64,000 bases of DNA, from positions 156,942-220,941 of the forward strand of contig JBAZRG010000001.1 in NCBI GenBank assembly GCA_041663145.1, written 5' to 3'. The stretch is from Minisyncoccota bacterium (GTDB lineage: Bacteria > Patescibacteriota > Minisyncoccia > Phycocordibacterales > PALSA-1337). How positions within the stretch are numbered: the stretch's first letter is position 1; the number at the start of each line of letters is the position of its first letter. The translations under genes and the position numbers were made by a program. The notes under the pieces are model-generated. The model had not been told where the DNA came from. It saw nothing but the letters and a program-made list of their open reading frames with translations, and did no database searches. This document shows, piece after piece, positions 48,523 through 58,623 of the stretch.

Positions 48523-49891
48523 CAAACAAAAGATAATTGTCTCTAGTCCTGCTCGATTCAAAGTCGTTAGATCAGGTCGCAGATCAGGTAAAAGCACAGT
48601 AGCTATTGAAATCATGCTCTTTACAGCGGTCTCCAAGCGAAATCAGAATGTCTTTTACTTGAGTCCGAACATGAAGCAGTCTAGGGCTATTATCTGGGAG
48701 GCACTGAAAGCTAGGTTGAATGGCATAGGCAAGTTGAATGAAAGCAGGTTAGAAGTAGAGTTACCTACAACTGACGGCGGAGTATCGAGGATATACCTAT
48801 CAGGTTTCGAGGCGAGGGAGAACTTCAGAGGATTGCGTGCCGATCTTATAATCTTTGACGAGGTAGACACATGTAAAGACTTCTTCATTGGCTTTCAAGA
48901 GATATTCCGCCCTGCACTTATCGACACGGCCGGAAGTGTAGTATTCATCGGTACACCAAAGAAAGAAAATCCTAACCTTAGACGCTTGGAGAAAATATCA
49001 CAGACTGACAAGGACTATGCGTGCTTTCACTTTACCTCACTTGATAATCCATTCCTACCACAATCAGAAAAGGATAAAGCTAAAACAGAACTAGACTTTG
49101 ATACTTACAAGCAGGAGATACTTGCCGAGTATGTCGACAACGCTGGCTCGCTATTCAAGTATGAAGCTCTCATAGACGTATTCTCTAACACTATAGTCAA
49201 AGAGAATAGCAAGTATCTCATCGTAGACATCGCTGATGACGGCTCGGATAAGACAATATTCTCATTCTGGGAAGGACTTGAGGAGTATAAGCGTGAGGAG
49301 TTTGATAGGTTAAACACAGAAATGATTATAGGAAAGATACGAGAGTATGCCTCTACTGAACGTATCCCTTACTCGCATATAGCCGTTGATGCCATAGGCG
49401 TAGGTGCAGGTGTGGCATCTTCATCCTTGCTAGACGGTATCGTGGGATATAAGTCATCATATGGTCCAATAAAGACTGACCAGAGCATCGTGTTACTTCC
49501 TAACGCCGGATATTTCAGAGATGCTTCACTTGTATCGGAGTATAAGAACCTACGCTCTCAATGCGTATTCAATCTCGCCGACCTAGTGAACAATCACAAA
49601 ATCGCCTCAAGAGTTACTGGTCGTCAGAAAGAAGTAATCATCGAGGAACTCTCAAACTACCAAGACGCTTCACAAGGTGACGGTAAGCGTATGGCTACCA
49701 TGAAAGAGAATGTTAAAGAAGCGATAGGTCATTCACCCGATGCATCAGACTGCTACATCATGCGTATGTACTTCGTAATTCTAGGGCGTATGATACCCGG
49801 ACAGTCCGAAGAATCATCACGAGTAGCTACTATCCAACAGAATCGTTTTGCTATGAATAAAAAGAATCAGATACTAAATGGAACGAAGTAG
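48509..49891 (+). CDS. terminase large subunit
   Basis: Walker A VVRSGRRSGKST and Walker B LIIFDEVD. The size and nuclease-domain region are consistent with TerL. Confidence 0.85.
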   Translation: MLLYDKQKIIVSSPARFKVVRSGRRSGKSTVAIEIMLFTAVSKRNQNVFYLSPNMKQSRAIIWEALKARLNGIGKLNESRLEVELPTTDGGVSRIYLSGFEARENFRGLRADLIIFDEVDTCKDFFIGFQEIFRPALIDTAGSVVFIGTPKKENPNLRRLEKISQTDKDYACFHFTSLDNPFLPQSEKDKAKTELDFDTYKQEILAEYVDNAGSLFKYEALIDVFSNTIVKENSKYLIVDIADDGSDKTIFSFWEGLEEYKREEFDRLNTEMIIGKIREYASTERIPYSHIAVDAIGVGAGVASSSLLDGIVGYKSSYGPIKTDQSIVLLPNAGYFRDASLVSEYKNLRSQCVFNLADLVNNHKIASRVTGRQKEVIIEELSNYQDASQGDGKRMATMKENVKEAIGHSPDASDCYIMRMYFVILGRMIPGQSEESSRVATIQQNRFAMNKKNQILNGTK

Positions 49892-49940
49892 CTTTTTTTG
49901 TGAAAAGGTGATATAATGTATTCAAAGTTAAATAAATCAG

Positions 49941-49970
49941 GGGCGAAACTTGTTTTTCGCCTCTTTTTTA
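49941..49970 (+). terminator. rho-independent terminator after terL
   Basis: GGCGAAA-CTTGTT-TTTCGCC followed by a T-tract. Confidence 0.55.
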
Positions 49971-49993
49971 TTATAAAAGTCTAATTCATAAAA

Positions 49994-50416
49994 ATGCAAA
50001 CATTAAAAGTTTTGGTCACTGTAGTTATGTTAGCCATAGTCTCTGCTTTCACTATCGCAATTCTAACCCAACCAGATGCACCACAGGAATTAAAGCGTTC
50101 ATACGCAGGTGTAACGATTGGTAATGAATATCAATCTACTAGCACTGATTCGACATGGGCTGGATTAAAGAAAGCTGTTGTCACAAATACTAGCGGTGTG
50201 TTGGGTTCAGTCATCGTAACAGGTACATCAGCTACGGTATTTGAAATTAAAGACGCTACATCTACGACTGACGTATCTTCAACGACACTAGCCACGTTCG
50301 CCGCCTCTCCGGGTACAGGAACATATGTCTTTGACACTATTTTCACCAGAGGACTATCAATCAATGCTCTCGGTTCATTTGCTGGTAAATACACAGTCAC
50401 GTTCAGGTCTAACTAA
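49994..50416 (+). CDS. hypothetical membrane-anchored Thr/Ser-rich protein
   Basis: N-terminal TM helix. Unusual position between terL and the portal gene. Confidence 0.4.
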   Translation: MQTLKVLVTVVMLAIVSAFTIAILTQPDAPQELKRSYAGVTIGNEYQSTSTDSTWAGLKKAVVTNTSGVLGSVIVTGTSATVFEIKDATSTTDVSSTTLATFAASPGTGTYVFDTIFTRGLSINALGSFAGKYTVTFRSN

Positions 50417-50422
50417 ACACCA

Positions 50423-52264
50423 ATGTCAAAAGAATATGACAATATCGGTGAATGTACTGTAGGTGAGCTTGTTCGTAAAGCTGAACAGGACTACAAAGGA
50501 GACACGCTCATATCCAAGCATGTAACTAGAAACATGCTCGATACTCTGAATAAGATTGACGCATATCATTATTCTAAACACACGGAAGGAGGTGACAAAG
50601 ATTCACAAGGGAGAGATAAGCCATTCCCGAATATCGTTACGTCAGCAGAGAATATCTGGTATCGGGCGACTGATATAGATCGAGGGAAGATCAAGGTTAA
50701 GGCAGTCAAATCCAAATCTACAATGGATGCTTTCTTGGCGACTGTACACGTTCAGGACTGGATGCGTAAGGAGAACTTTGGAATATTCTTGAATGAATGG
50801 GGAAGAATGCTTGCTCGCTATTGTTCAGCAGTAGTTAAGTTTGTAGAGAAAGAAGGTGAATTACACAGAATGGTTGTACCGTGGCAGAGAATTATATGTG
50901 ATTCAGTAGACTTTGATAACAACCCTGTTATTGAGGTTTTGGAACTTACAGAAGCTCAGCTAAGACAGAGAAAGGGTTACGATAAAGAGATTGTTGAGAA
51001 GTTATGTAAAGCCAAAGCTACACGAAAGACGATCGAAGGTCAGCCAGTGGATAACAAGAGCGATTACATTCGTTTGTACGAGGTTCACGCTCTCTTACCG
51101 CTTTCATACCTTACAGAAAAAGAAAAAGATGAAGACACATACGTTCAGCAAATGCACGTCATCTCATTCGTAGCCGGTAAAGAAGAAGGAAAGTTTGATG
51201 ATTTTACTCTCATCTCCGGTAAGGAAGAAAAGTCACCTTACATGCTCACTCACCTTATCCGTGAAGAAGGTCAGACACTCGGTATCGGACCAGTCGAAGG
51301 ATTGTTTGAAGCACAATGGATGCAAAACCATTCATCAAAGGCAATCAAGGATCAACTAGACCTTGCAGGTAAGCTCATATTCCAAACATCAGACGGTACA
51401 TTCGTAGGTCAGAACGCTCTTACCGCAGTAGAGAACGGAGATATTCTAATTCATGCAGTAAATCAACCTATCACCACAGTCGCAAATACAGCACACGACA
51501 TTACTTCATGGCAGTCTTTTGCGAATCAATGGAAAGTGCTAGGTAACGAGATAACAGGTGTATCTGAATCAATGCTAGGCAACACAGCCCCTTCAGGTAC
51601 AGCATGGAGACAGGTTGAAACTCTATTACAAGAATCACATGATCTCTTTAACTTGATGCGACAGAACAAAGGACTTTACATCGAGGAGATGTTCAAGAAA
51701 TTCGTTATCCCATTCGTTAAGAAACAGATGGACACTTCAGAAGAAGTCTCGGCTACGCTTGAGGACTACGACATTCAGAGGATTGATGCCAAGTATATTA
51801 AGAACAGGTCTACCCTCATAACAAACAATCTCATCAAAGATAAGGTGTTATCAGGTCAGCCAGTATCACCAGAGGAACAAGCAATGATGACTGAAATGGC
51901 GGCAAATGGTCTCAAAGAATCTCTATCGGATCAGGGCAATCAACGCTTCTTCAAGCCGTCTGACATAGATACAAAGACATGGAAGATGCAGTTTAAGAAT
52001 TTGGAATGGGAAGTACAAGTTGATGTTACGGGTGAATCCACAGATCAGAATGACATGACGACACTGAACACCATGCTTGCATTCTTCGCACGTAAACAGG
52101 GTATGCCACTTACGCCAGAAGAAAAACTGATATTCAACAAGTTGCTTGCACATACAGGTACGGTCAGTCCGATGGAGCTTTCAGCATTACCTGCTCCAGT
52201 TGCTCAACCTTCACCATTACAGGCTAATCCAATGGCAACGCCATCGGCGGTCGGGAGCCAATAA
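50423..52264 (+). CDS. putative portal protein
   Basis: 613 aa, lying immediately downstream of terL. The call rests on position and size, not on recognised motifs. Confidence 0.45.
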   Translation: MSKEYDNIGECTVGELVRKAEQDYKGDTLISKHVTRNMLDTLNKIDAYHYSKHTEGGDKDSQGRDKPFPNIVTSAENIWYRATDIDRGKIKVKAVKSKSTMDAFLATVHVQDWMRKENFGIFLNEWGRMLARYCSAVVKFVEKEGELHRMVVPWQRIICDSVDFDNNPVIEVLELTEAQLRQRKGYDKEIVEKLCKAKATRKTIEGQPVDNKSDYIRLYEVHALLPLSYLTEKEKDEDTYVQQMHVISFVAGKEEGKFDDFTLISGKEEKSPYMLTHLIREEGQTLGIGPVEGLFEAQWMQNHSSKAIKDQLDLAGKLIFQTSDGTFVGQNALTAVENGDILIHAVNQPITTVANTAHDITSWQSFANQWKVLGNEITGVSESMLGNTAPSGTAWRQVETLLQESHDLFNLMRQNKGLYIEEMFKKFVIPFVKKQMDTSEEVSATLEDYDIQRIDAKYIKNRSTLITNNLIKDKVLSGQPVSPEEQAMMTEMAANGLKESLSDQGNQRFFKPSDIDTKTWKMQFKNLEWEVQVDVTGESTDQNDMTTLNTMLAFFARKQGMPLTPEEKLIFNKLLAHTGTVSPMELSALPAPVAQPSPLQANPMATPSAVGSQ

Positions 52265-52288
52265 TAATTACGGTGGGGATTATTACAA

Positions 52289-53134
52289 ATGATAAGCATA
52301 ATTATACCAGTACGCTTCAGAGCAGACCTTACTCAAGTCTGCATTGATAGCATACTACTCTACACGAAAAACTTTGAGTTGATTGTGGTCCAAGAGGGTG
52401 AGGACGAGGAAGTAAGAAATCTACTTCTAGAGACTTACTATCCTAGGTTTGATTCAATGTTTGTTGATTATGAGAAGTTTAGAACTGAAAGACAAAAGAG
52501 AAAAGAGGTTAAAGAGAGTGAAAAAAGTCGAGGTGGCGAGTTTGTTATGGGATCATACCCTTACGACAACGATAGCGAACCGAGGCTTAAATATGTCCAA
52601 AACAAAGTTCCTAAGGGCTACGCAGGTGCATTGAATGCAGGTCTCTCCATAGCCACAGGTGATTACTACTGCTTCATGAACAATGACACGGTAGTCACTC
52701 CGGGTTGGATGGATGAGATGTTGAAAGCGTTTGAGGATAAAGATGTTGGTTTGGTCTCTCCTACATTCTGGGGAACAGGCGACAGACAGAGCGTGGATTG
52801 GAATAATGGCGACCAGTTCGACAATGTTCTTGATCCGACTTCAATCATAGGTGTCTGCTATCTCATCTCAAAAGAGTGTATGTACAAGGTGGGAGTATGG
52901 GATGAATCGTTTGGTCATGGGGGAGAGGATTTTGACATGACTATTCGTGTTCAGAATGCCGACTACAAGCTCGTTATCGCCAGGAGGGCGTTTATTTATC
53001 ACTATGGCGGAGCAAGTACAAGGATAGTGATAGGGAATGACCTAGATAAGGTTAGAAAGAATCAAATGGAGAAAATAATGATGGTCGAAACAAAGCACGG
53101 GATAGACATTAGAAGTAAATTTATACAAAAATGA
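52289..53134 (+). CDS. family-2 (GT-A) glycosyltransferase
   Basis: MISIIIPV...; GYAGALNAGLSIATGDYYCFMNNDTVV; GGEDFDMTIRV, a GT2 acid motif. Confidence 0.7.
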   Translation: MISIIIPVRFRADLTQVCIDSILLYTKNFELIVVQEGEDEEVRNLLLETYYPRFDSMFVDYEKFRTERQKRKEVKESEKSRGGEFVMGSYPYDNDSEPRLKYVQNKVPKGYAGALNAGLSIATGDYYCFMNNDTVVTPGWMDEMLKAFEDKDVGLVSPTFWGTGDRQSVDWNNGDQFDNVLDPTSIIGVCYLISKECMYKVGVWDESFGHGGEDFDMTIRVQNADYKLVIARRAFIYHYGGASTRIVIGNDLDKVRKNQMEKIMMVETKHGIDIRSKFIQK

Positions 53135-53697
53135 GTAACGAAAAAAGAAAAGTACAGAGCATGAGAATAAGTGACGCAGAGTTTGAACTCTTGAAGTCAA
53201 CCTTTTCAGAGAGAGAGGAGTTGTTAAAGACAATCCGTAACCTATTCTTTGGTCTTCCTATAACGGATGATGAAAAGAAGCAGATACGAGAGACATTTAG
53301 CGGTGAAGCTCTAAGAAAGTTGATGCGTAAGCAGTTCTTACCAGAGTTGCAGAACGATCTGCCTATCGGTCAAGCAATAGATTTGTGGATGACTATAGAT
53401 TTGAAGGATAAGGCACCAGAGCAAGCACGCTACATAGTCATTGCCAGAAAGCTCTTGATTGAGATGGTAGAACAATCATTGAAATTATTGGAAAATCCTG
53501 ACTTGGTTCCGGTTGATTTAACCGAATGGCAGATCAAAGAGGAGGCTCCTGACTTGGTTGGCACTTCTTTGATAGCACGCAACACATTTATCTCCCACAC
53601 TGACCAGCAATTGGCGGTCATTAGAACATTAGCAGGTCAAAAACTGGAGACAGTTGAGGAGACAAAGAAGCGTTTGCTTCAAGACAGTAGCAAGTAA
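53131..53697 (+). CDS. hypothetical head-morphogenesis-region protein
   Basis: 188 aa, mostly helical by composition. Confidence 0.4.
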   Translation: MSNEKRKVQSMRISDAEFELLKSTFSEREELLKTIRNLFFGLPITDDEKKQIRETFSGEALRKLMRKQFLPELQNDLPIGQAIDLWMTIDLKDKAPEQARYIVIARKLLIEMVEQSLKLLENPDLVPVDLTEWQIKEEAPDLVGTSLIARNTFISHTDQQLAVIRTLAGQKLETVEETKKRLLQDSSK

Positions 53698-53774
53698 TAG
53701 CTTTATCACACGAAATGTGATATAATTACCCGTAATTAGAGTTAGCTCCCGCTCTTAACATAGGGACTTACAAA

Positions 53775-54308
53775 ATGGAAACCGAAGAAACTGTTGTAGT
53801 GGACACAACTGAAACAACCACACCGGAAGTAACGCCTGAAGTTACAACACCTGATGAAGGTGCAGAGGAAAGCATAGAGGAGGTTAAGGAAAAATTGACG
53901 AAGGCAGAGAAAAAAGCCAGCGATCAAGAACAGCGAGCCATTATCGCAGAGAAGAAACTCAAAGATAAGCCCACTGTAGAATCCAAACCTGACGGATTGT
54001 CATCAAAAGACATAATTGCGCTTTCAAAAGCCGATGTTCATGAAGATGATCTGGATGAAGTGCTGGATTACGCTAAATATAAGAAAATCTCCATTGGAGA
54101 TGCTCTAAAATCAAACGTTATCAAGACACTTCTAAAAGACAAGCAAGATGAACGTAAGACTGCCGCCGCTACTAATACAGGCACAGCCAGACGTGGTTCG
54201 GTCAAAGTATCTGATGAGGAGATTGTCGATAAAAGCACAAAAGGACAGCTCCCAGAAGACCCTGAGGCACTTGCTAAGGCACGTTGGAACCTTAAGAAGA
54301 AGAAATAG
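53775..54308 (+). CDS. scaffolding-like acidic coiled-coil protein (putative)
   Basis: Glu/Thr-rich N-terminus and Lys/Glu-rich helices. Its position precedes the capsid candidate. Confidence 0.35.
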   Translation: METEETVVVDTTETTTPEVTPEVTTPDEGAEESIEEVKEKLTKAEKKASDQEQRAIIAEKKLKDKPTVESKPDGLSSKDIIALSKADVHEDDLDEVLDYAKYKKISIGDALKSNVIKTLLKDKQDERKTAAATNTGTARRGSVKVSDEEIVDKSTKGQLPEDPEALAKARWNLKKKK

Positions 54309-54469
54309 ATCGGTGGGGTTATCAGTTTATAATCCCTCGTTGCAGAAAAGTTAGGTGGGTATCTCATATGTGATGGGTTACTAATATTAATACTATCGGA
54401 ACAGGAACCGTATCGTTTGTATACCGTTCCAAGTACTTCAAAAGTACTCTCGAGACAGCTCTAAGAAAC

Positions 54470-55252
54470 ATGCTAGTAGCAGAGAAAATCTGCACAGTAG
54501 ATCGCACTGAATCAAAATACATTCAGAACCCTTATCAGACAGCTCCTACAGCGGTCGTTCAAGCCGTAGTCGGAACATACGCAACAGCCGCTTTCACAAC
54601 GACTGAAGATGCTCTTACAGTAGCCGATGAGGTTTACTGTGCAGAACACATCTACGATTTTGAAGCCGCTCTTGCTCACTTCGACCTTTTCGCCGCTCGT
54701 GTAGACGACATGACTGCTTCGGTTGCAACAGCAATTGATAAGTATGTCTTGAACGTGCTCGTAGACGCTGGTACAGGTGCTTACACAACACTAACAGGCG
54801 GATTTACAACAGCCGCAAACTGGAATGTTATTCTCGCTAACTTGCTTTCAAAGTTTGCAGGTTATGCCGATAACTTCCGTGGTATGTACTTGGTTGTAGA
54901 GAATACCGACTTGGTAGGTATCGTGCAGTCACAAATGGCTTCTGGCTTTAATTTCGCCGATGCCGCTCTCAATAACGGTTTGGTTTCAAATCAAGCTGGT
55001 ATAGAGATTTACGTTGTCCGATCTGGCACGTTTGCTAGCTACACACCGGGTTCTTACGGTGCAGTTACAAACTCTGGTCACAGAATGGCAGGTATAAAGG
55101 GAATCTCCATTTATGCCGCTCCTCGTGGAATCCAGTACGAAGAGAAGTCTGTTAGTGCCAAGACTGGAAAAGAAGTAGTTGTCTGGGGCTATATCGGAGC
55201 CAAAACATGGGCGCCTAAGCTCGGTTTGGTCATCGACATCACAATCGCCTAA
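54470..55252 (+). CDS. major capsid protein candidate
   Basis: 260 aa, Ala/Gly/Thr-rich, directly after the scaffold-like gene. Assigned by position. Confidence 0.4.
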   Translation: MLVAEKICTVDRTESKYIQNPYQTAPTAVVQAVVGTYATAAFTTTEDALTVADEVYCAEHIYDFEAALAHFDLFAARVDDMTASVATAIDKYVLNVLVDAGTGAYTTLTGGFTTAANWNVILANLLSKFAGYADNFRGMYLVVENTDLVGIVQSQMASGFNFADAALNNGLVSNQAGIEIYVVRSGTFASYTPGSYGAVTNSGHRMAGIKGISIYAAPRGIQYEEKSVSAKTGKEVVVWGYIGAKTWAPKLGLVIDITIA

Positions 55253-55356
55253 CCAATCCACCCCTCGTGGGTGGGCTTATGGAGGTGAATATTCCCCACC
55301 GAGTATCTCGCCTTCATAACCACACCCATAAGGGGATTACCAGCTAATACACACAA

Positions 55357-55539
55357 ATGGCAGAAACAAAGAAAAATCGAGCAGTAGAAATCATCAAAGA
55401 TGAGAAAGCACCAGAGGTTGTGTCTTCACAAACACAAGCCGATGCTCAAGCTCTTGTTGATGCCTATGCAAAGAGAAGTCCAGCAAAGTACGAATTGAAG
55501 AAGGAAGCTCTAAAGGCATGGGTCGCATCGTTTAAGTAA
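55357..55539 (+). CDS. small hypothetical structural-region protein
   Basis: 60 aa. Confidence 0.3.
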   Translation: MAETKKNRAVEIIKDEKAPEVVSSQTQADAQALVDAYAKRSPAKYELKKEALKAWVASFK

Positions 55540-55567
55540 GGTCGAAAACATAATTACAAATAATAAA

Positions 55568-56215
55568 ATGGATTCAAAAAAAATATCAATCGGTGCGCTT
55601 CTAGTCACTACTCTAGTTTTTGGAGTATTGGCTTTCAAAGCTCCCTCGGTTGTAACAGTTCCAGGACAATCTCTTGGTAACTCAAGCCCGGTAGTTAACG
55701 TACCTGCTCCAGTAGTCAATGTTCAGGTTCCTGAACAAAAAGCTCCTGTAGTAAACGTCAACGTACCAAAGCAGTCACCAGTATTGGGTGCTATGGCAGG
55801 TCCAGATGTATTCTACCGATCTTCATTCCATAAAGGTTTGACAGTTGGAGGTTATATCGCAACTACATCAACAGCGGCTACATATACGACTAATTCAGCC
55901 GATTTTGCTGCTATTCCTACGGTTGTTTTGTGGACACCAAACGTAAACACTACTGTAACCTTGAATGCAACTTCTACTTTCTACTACGTTCCCGATGTTG
56001 GAGATGTAGCAACTGTATATTTGCAGAACGCTTCAAGTACAGCAGGTGCAACCATTACTCTAGCGGCACAGAACGCTAGTGTTGATCTTCAGTTTGCTGA
56101 AGCAACAGGTGGTGACCTCGTATTGAGCGGTCTTGATTGGGCAAAACTCACTTTCATTCGACAGTCAACAAATAAAGTCACAGTCATATTCGATGAAATG
56201 ACTGAAGCTGACTAG
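55568..56215 (+). CDS. hypothetical protein with an N-terminal TM and PVVNV repeats
   Basis: Repeats VVNVPAPVVNVQVPEQKAPVVNVNVP. Confidence 0.4.
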   Translation: MDSKKISIGALLVTTLVFGVLAFKAPSVVTVPGQSLGNSSPVVNVPAPVVNVQVPEQKAPVVNVNVPKQSPVLGAMAGPDVFYRSSFHKGLTVGGYIATTSTAATYTTNSADFAAIPTVVLWTPNVNTTVTLNATSTFYYVPDVGDVATVYLQNASSTAGATITLAAQNASVDLQFAEATGGDLVLSGLDWAKLTFIRQSTNKVTVIFDEMTEAD

Positions 56216-56291
56216 TTGATCTCACTCTTTTCTCATGTTCAGAAGCTATCGACCTGAACGTGGGAGAGATAGTGCGATTAAATAAAAAAAT

Positions 56292-57056
56292 ATGTCAATA
56301 CAATTTAACCAAACAACCTCACCTTATAAAGGTCTAGTTCAATTCTATGAAAAAGAGATAGGAGTTAATTATGGAGATGTCTCAGGTAATGCAGAAATGC
56401 TTGGTGAATTTACTGCTCGTGTCAGCGTAGCCCTTGATAATTACTTACTCATCTGGGCAAAGAATGCAAATACATGGCAGGGTGACGATATTAATCATTC
56501 TGATTTTCAGATAATCACCACTAATATAGTTTCTGGTCAGAGAGACTATCCATTTACGTCAGATCAAAACTCAAACCGCATTATTGATGTTTCAAAGGTT
56601 ATTATTCTACCATCCGCTATTGCAACAGATTACACAGAGATAACGCCTGTCGATGAATTGAAAGTGTCAGCCAGCGAAATTTTGGTGAATACTAATACGG
56701 GGATACCTCGCCAATATGGAAAGATGTCTAACGCAATTTTGCTCGATGCCATACCAAATTACAATGCTACTAACGGCATCAAAATGGTAATTAATCGTGA
56801 AGGTTCATATCCAACAACTTCCGATACTACGAAGATTATAGGTGTACCAGTTTATCATGAGTATTTTTATAAGAAACCTGCTTTTGAAAAAGCCAAGATT
56901 CTTGGTTTGGCTAATATGTCACAACTTGAGAAGGACGTAATTGACCTTGAAGGAAGCGAGAGACTCAGAATCAATGGACGGATTGCTGACTTCTTTGGTC
57001 GACGAGAACGTGATGTCAGAAAACGTTTTATTCCTAACATCGAATCATGTAGATAA
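56292..57056 (+). CDS. hypothetical virion-region protein
   Basis: 254 aa. Confidence 0.4.
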   Translation: MSIQFNQTTSPYKGLVQFYEKEIGVNYGDVSGNAEMLGEFTARVSVALDNYLLIWAKNANTWQGDDINHSDFQIITTNIVSGQRDYPFTSDQNSNRIIDVSKVIILPSAIATDYTEITPVDELKVSASEILVNTNTGIPRQYGKMSNAILLDAIPNYNATNGIKMVINREGSYPTTSDTTKIIGVPVYHEYFYKKPAFEKAKILGLANMSQLEKDVIDLEGSERLRINGRIADFFGRRERDVRKRFIPNIESCR

Positions 57057-57077
57057 TTAACAAATTAAAAAAATAAC

Positions 57078-57536
57078 ATGCAAAACACAATCAAAATAAA
57101 AGGGACTGTTGAGATAAAGCAAATTAGAAATGGAGAGGTCATTAAAAGTTTCAAGGGTGAGAACATAATTACAAATGCAGGGAAAGCACAGATAGCTCTT
57201 CTTGCAGGAGATGCTACTGCTGTTCCGTTCACTTATTTAGCAGTTGGAACAGGGTCTACCGCCGCCGCTGTGACCGATACTACGTTAGTCACCGAAATAA
57301 CCGATACAGGTCTTGCACGTGCCGCAGCAACAGTCTCTCGTACAACAACAACAGTTACAAATGACACTTTATCTTTGTCATACACATGGACAGCAACAGG
57401 AGCAAAGACGATAGCAGAAGTCGGTATGTTCAATGCTTCTTCATCGGGAACGATGCTAGGAAGAAAACTAACGAGTGCAATAACAACCGCAAATACAGAC
57501 CAAATAGTAATGACCTACACAGTAGCGTTCGCATAA
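57078..57536 (+). CDS. hypothetical virion-region protein
   Basis: 152 aa, Thr/Ala-rich. Confidence 0.4.
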   Translation: MQNTIKIKGTVEIKQIRNGEVIKSFKGENIITNAGKAQIALLAGDATAVPFTYLAVGTGSTAAAVTDTTLVTEITDTGLARAAATVSRTTTTVTNDTLSLSYTWTATGAKTIAEVGMFNASSSGTMLGRKLTSAITTANTDQIVMTYTVAFA

Positions 57537-57540
57537 AACA

Positions 57541-58335
57541 ATGGCTATAGCAGTAGATACAACTTCAAATTCGGCAACCGCATCATGGTCTCACACGTGT
57601 ACTGGGGCTAACCTTATTTTGATTGTAGCTGTTCGTGCTAACGCTTCAGGAGCTAGTACCTCTTGTACTTATAATGGCGTAGGAATGACACAGCTTTCAG
57701 CTAGACCGTACAATTCCTCAAATGCACACCTAGTTACATTTTATCTATTAAATCCTGCAACTGGTGCGAATACCATTACTGCTACTACAGGTAGCCCCGA
57801 TTATGGCTGTGCGGTGTCTTATACAGGTGTAGCTGGTATTGATAGTTCAGGTAACAGTGCCAGTAACCAAAATAATGATACTGCTTCTGGTTCGGTGACT
57901 ACCGTAGCAGATAATTCAAGAGCAATAATGACTGTTGGACAAGGAGGTGGGGCGACACAAACGGCGGGTGCAAGCACAACTAAAAGAATAGCTAGTGCAA
58001 CAAGTGATATAAATGCCATCTTTGACCCAAATGCCAACAAAACACCAGCTGGAGCAGTTACTTTAATTTCTACTTTTACAAGTGGAGTTAATGCATGGCA
58101 GACATTCTCGATTAAACCATCAATTACCTATACAGAGAATATATCAGACTCTATAGCTTTAACTGAATCTGTTAGTTGGGGAAATAAGATATCAGAGTTG
58201 ATAACAATGGTGACTGTGAATTTTGAGAATGTATCAGATTCGATAGGAATGACTGACACCATACAAACGTTCAACAGATTGTGGAAAAATCTAGTTAAAT
58301 CAGTAACCACATGGACTAATCAAGACAAATCGTAA
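57541..58335 (+). CDS. hypothetical virion-region protein (Ser/Thr/Ala/Gly-rich)
   Basis: 264 aa. Confidence 0.4.
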   Translation: MAIAVDTTSNSATASWSHTCTGANLILIVAVRANASGASTSCTYNGVGMTQLSARPYNSSNAHLVTFYLLNPATGANTITATTGSPDYGCAVSYTGVAGIDSSGNSASNQNNDTASGSVTTVADNSRAIMTVGQGGGATQTAGASTTKRIASATSDINAIFDPNANKTPAGAVTLISTFTSGVNAWQTFSIKPSITYTENISDSIALTESVSWGNKISELITMVTVNFENVSDSIGMTDTIQTFNRLWKNLVKSVTTWTNQDKS

Positions 58336-58622
58336 TGCAAGAACAAATATTACAATTAGCTAGACGAGTTGAAGTTCTTGAAAGAGAGAATAGACTTTTG
58401 AAATCTTCAAAGAGTATTCCTCTTGATATTGATCAAGCGTTTAGAGCAAGATTTCTTTCGGATATACCAGACCCTATATTAGCTAATTCAAAGTCTGCCA
58501 GTAGTGAAAATCAGGTAGTAGATGAGGGTGGTTCCGCAACTTATAGTGTTTTGCAACCACCAGATGCGTTTGCTTCTACTATTATTGGGACGACCACAAT
58601 TTATTTACCTTATTACACTTAA
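58335..58622 (+). CDS. hypothetical protein
   Basis: 95 aa; its start overlaps the upstream stop. Confidence 0.3.
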   Translation: MQEQILQLARRVEVLERENRLLKSSKSIPLDIDQAFRARFLSDIPDPILANSKSASSENQVVDEGGSATYSVLQPPDAFASTIIGTTTIYLPYYT

Positions 58623-58623
58623 C

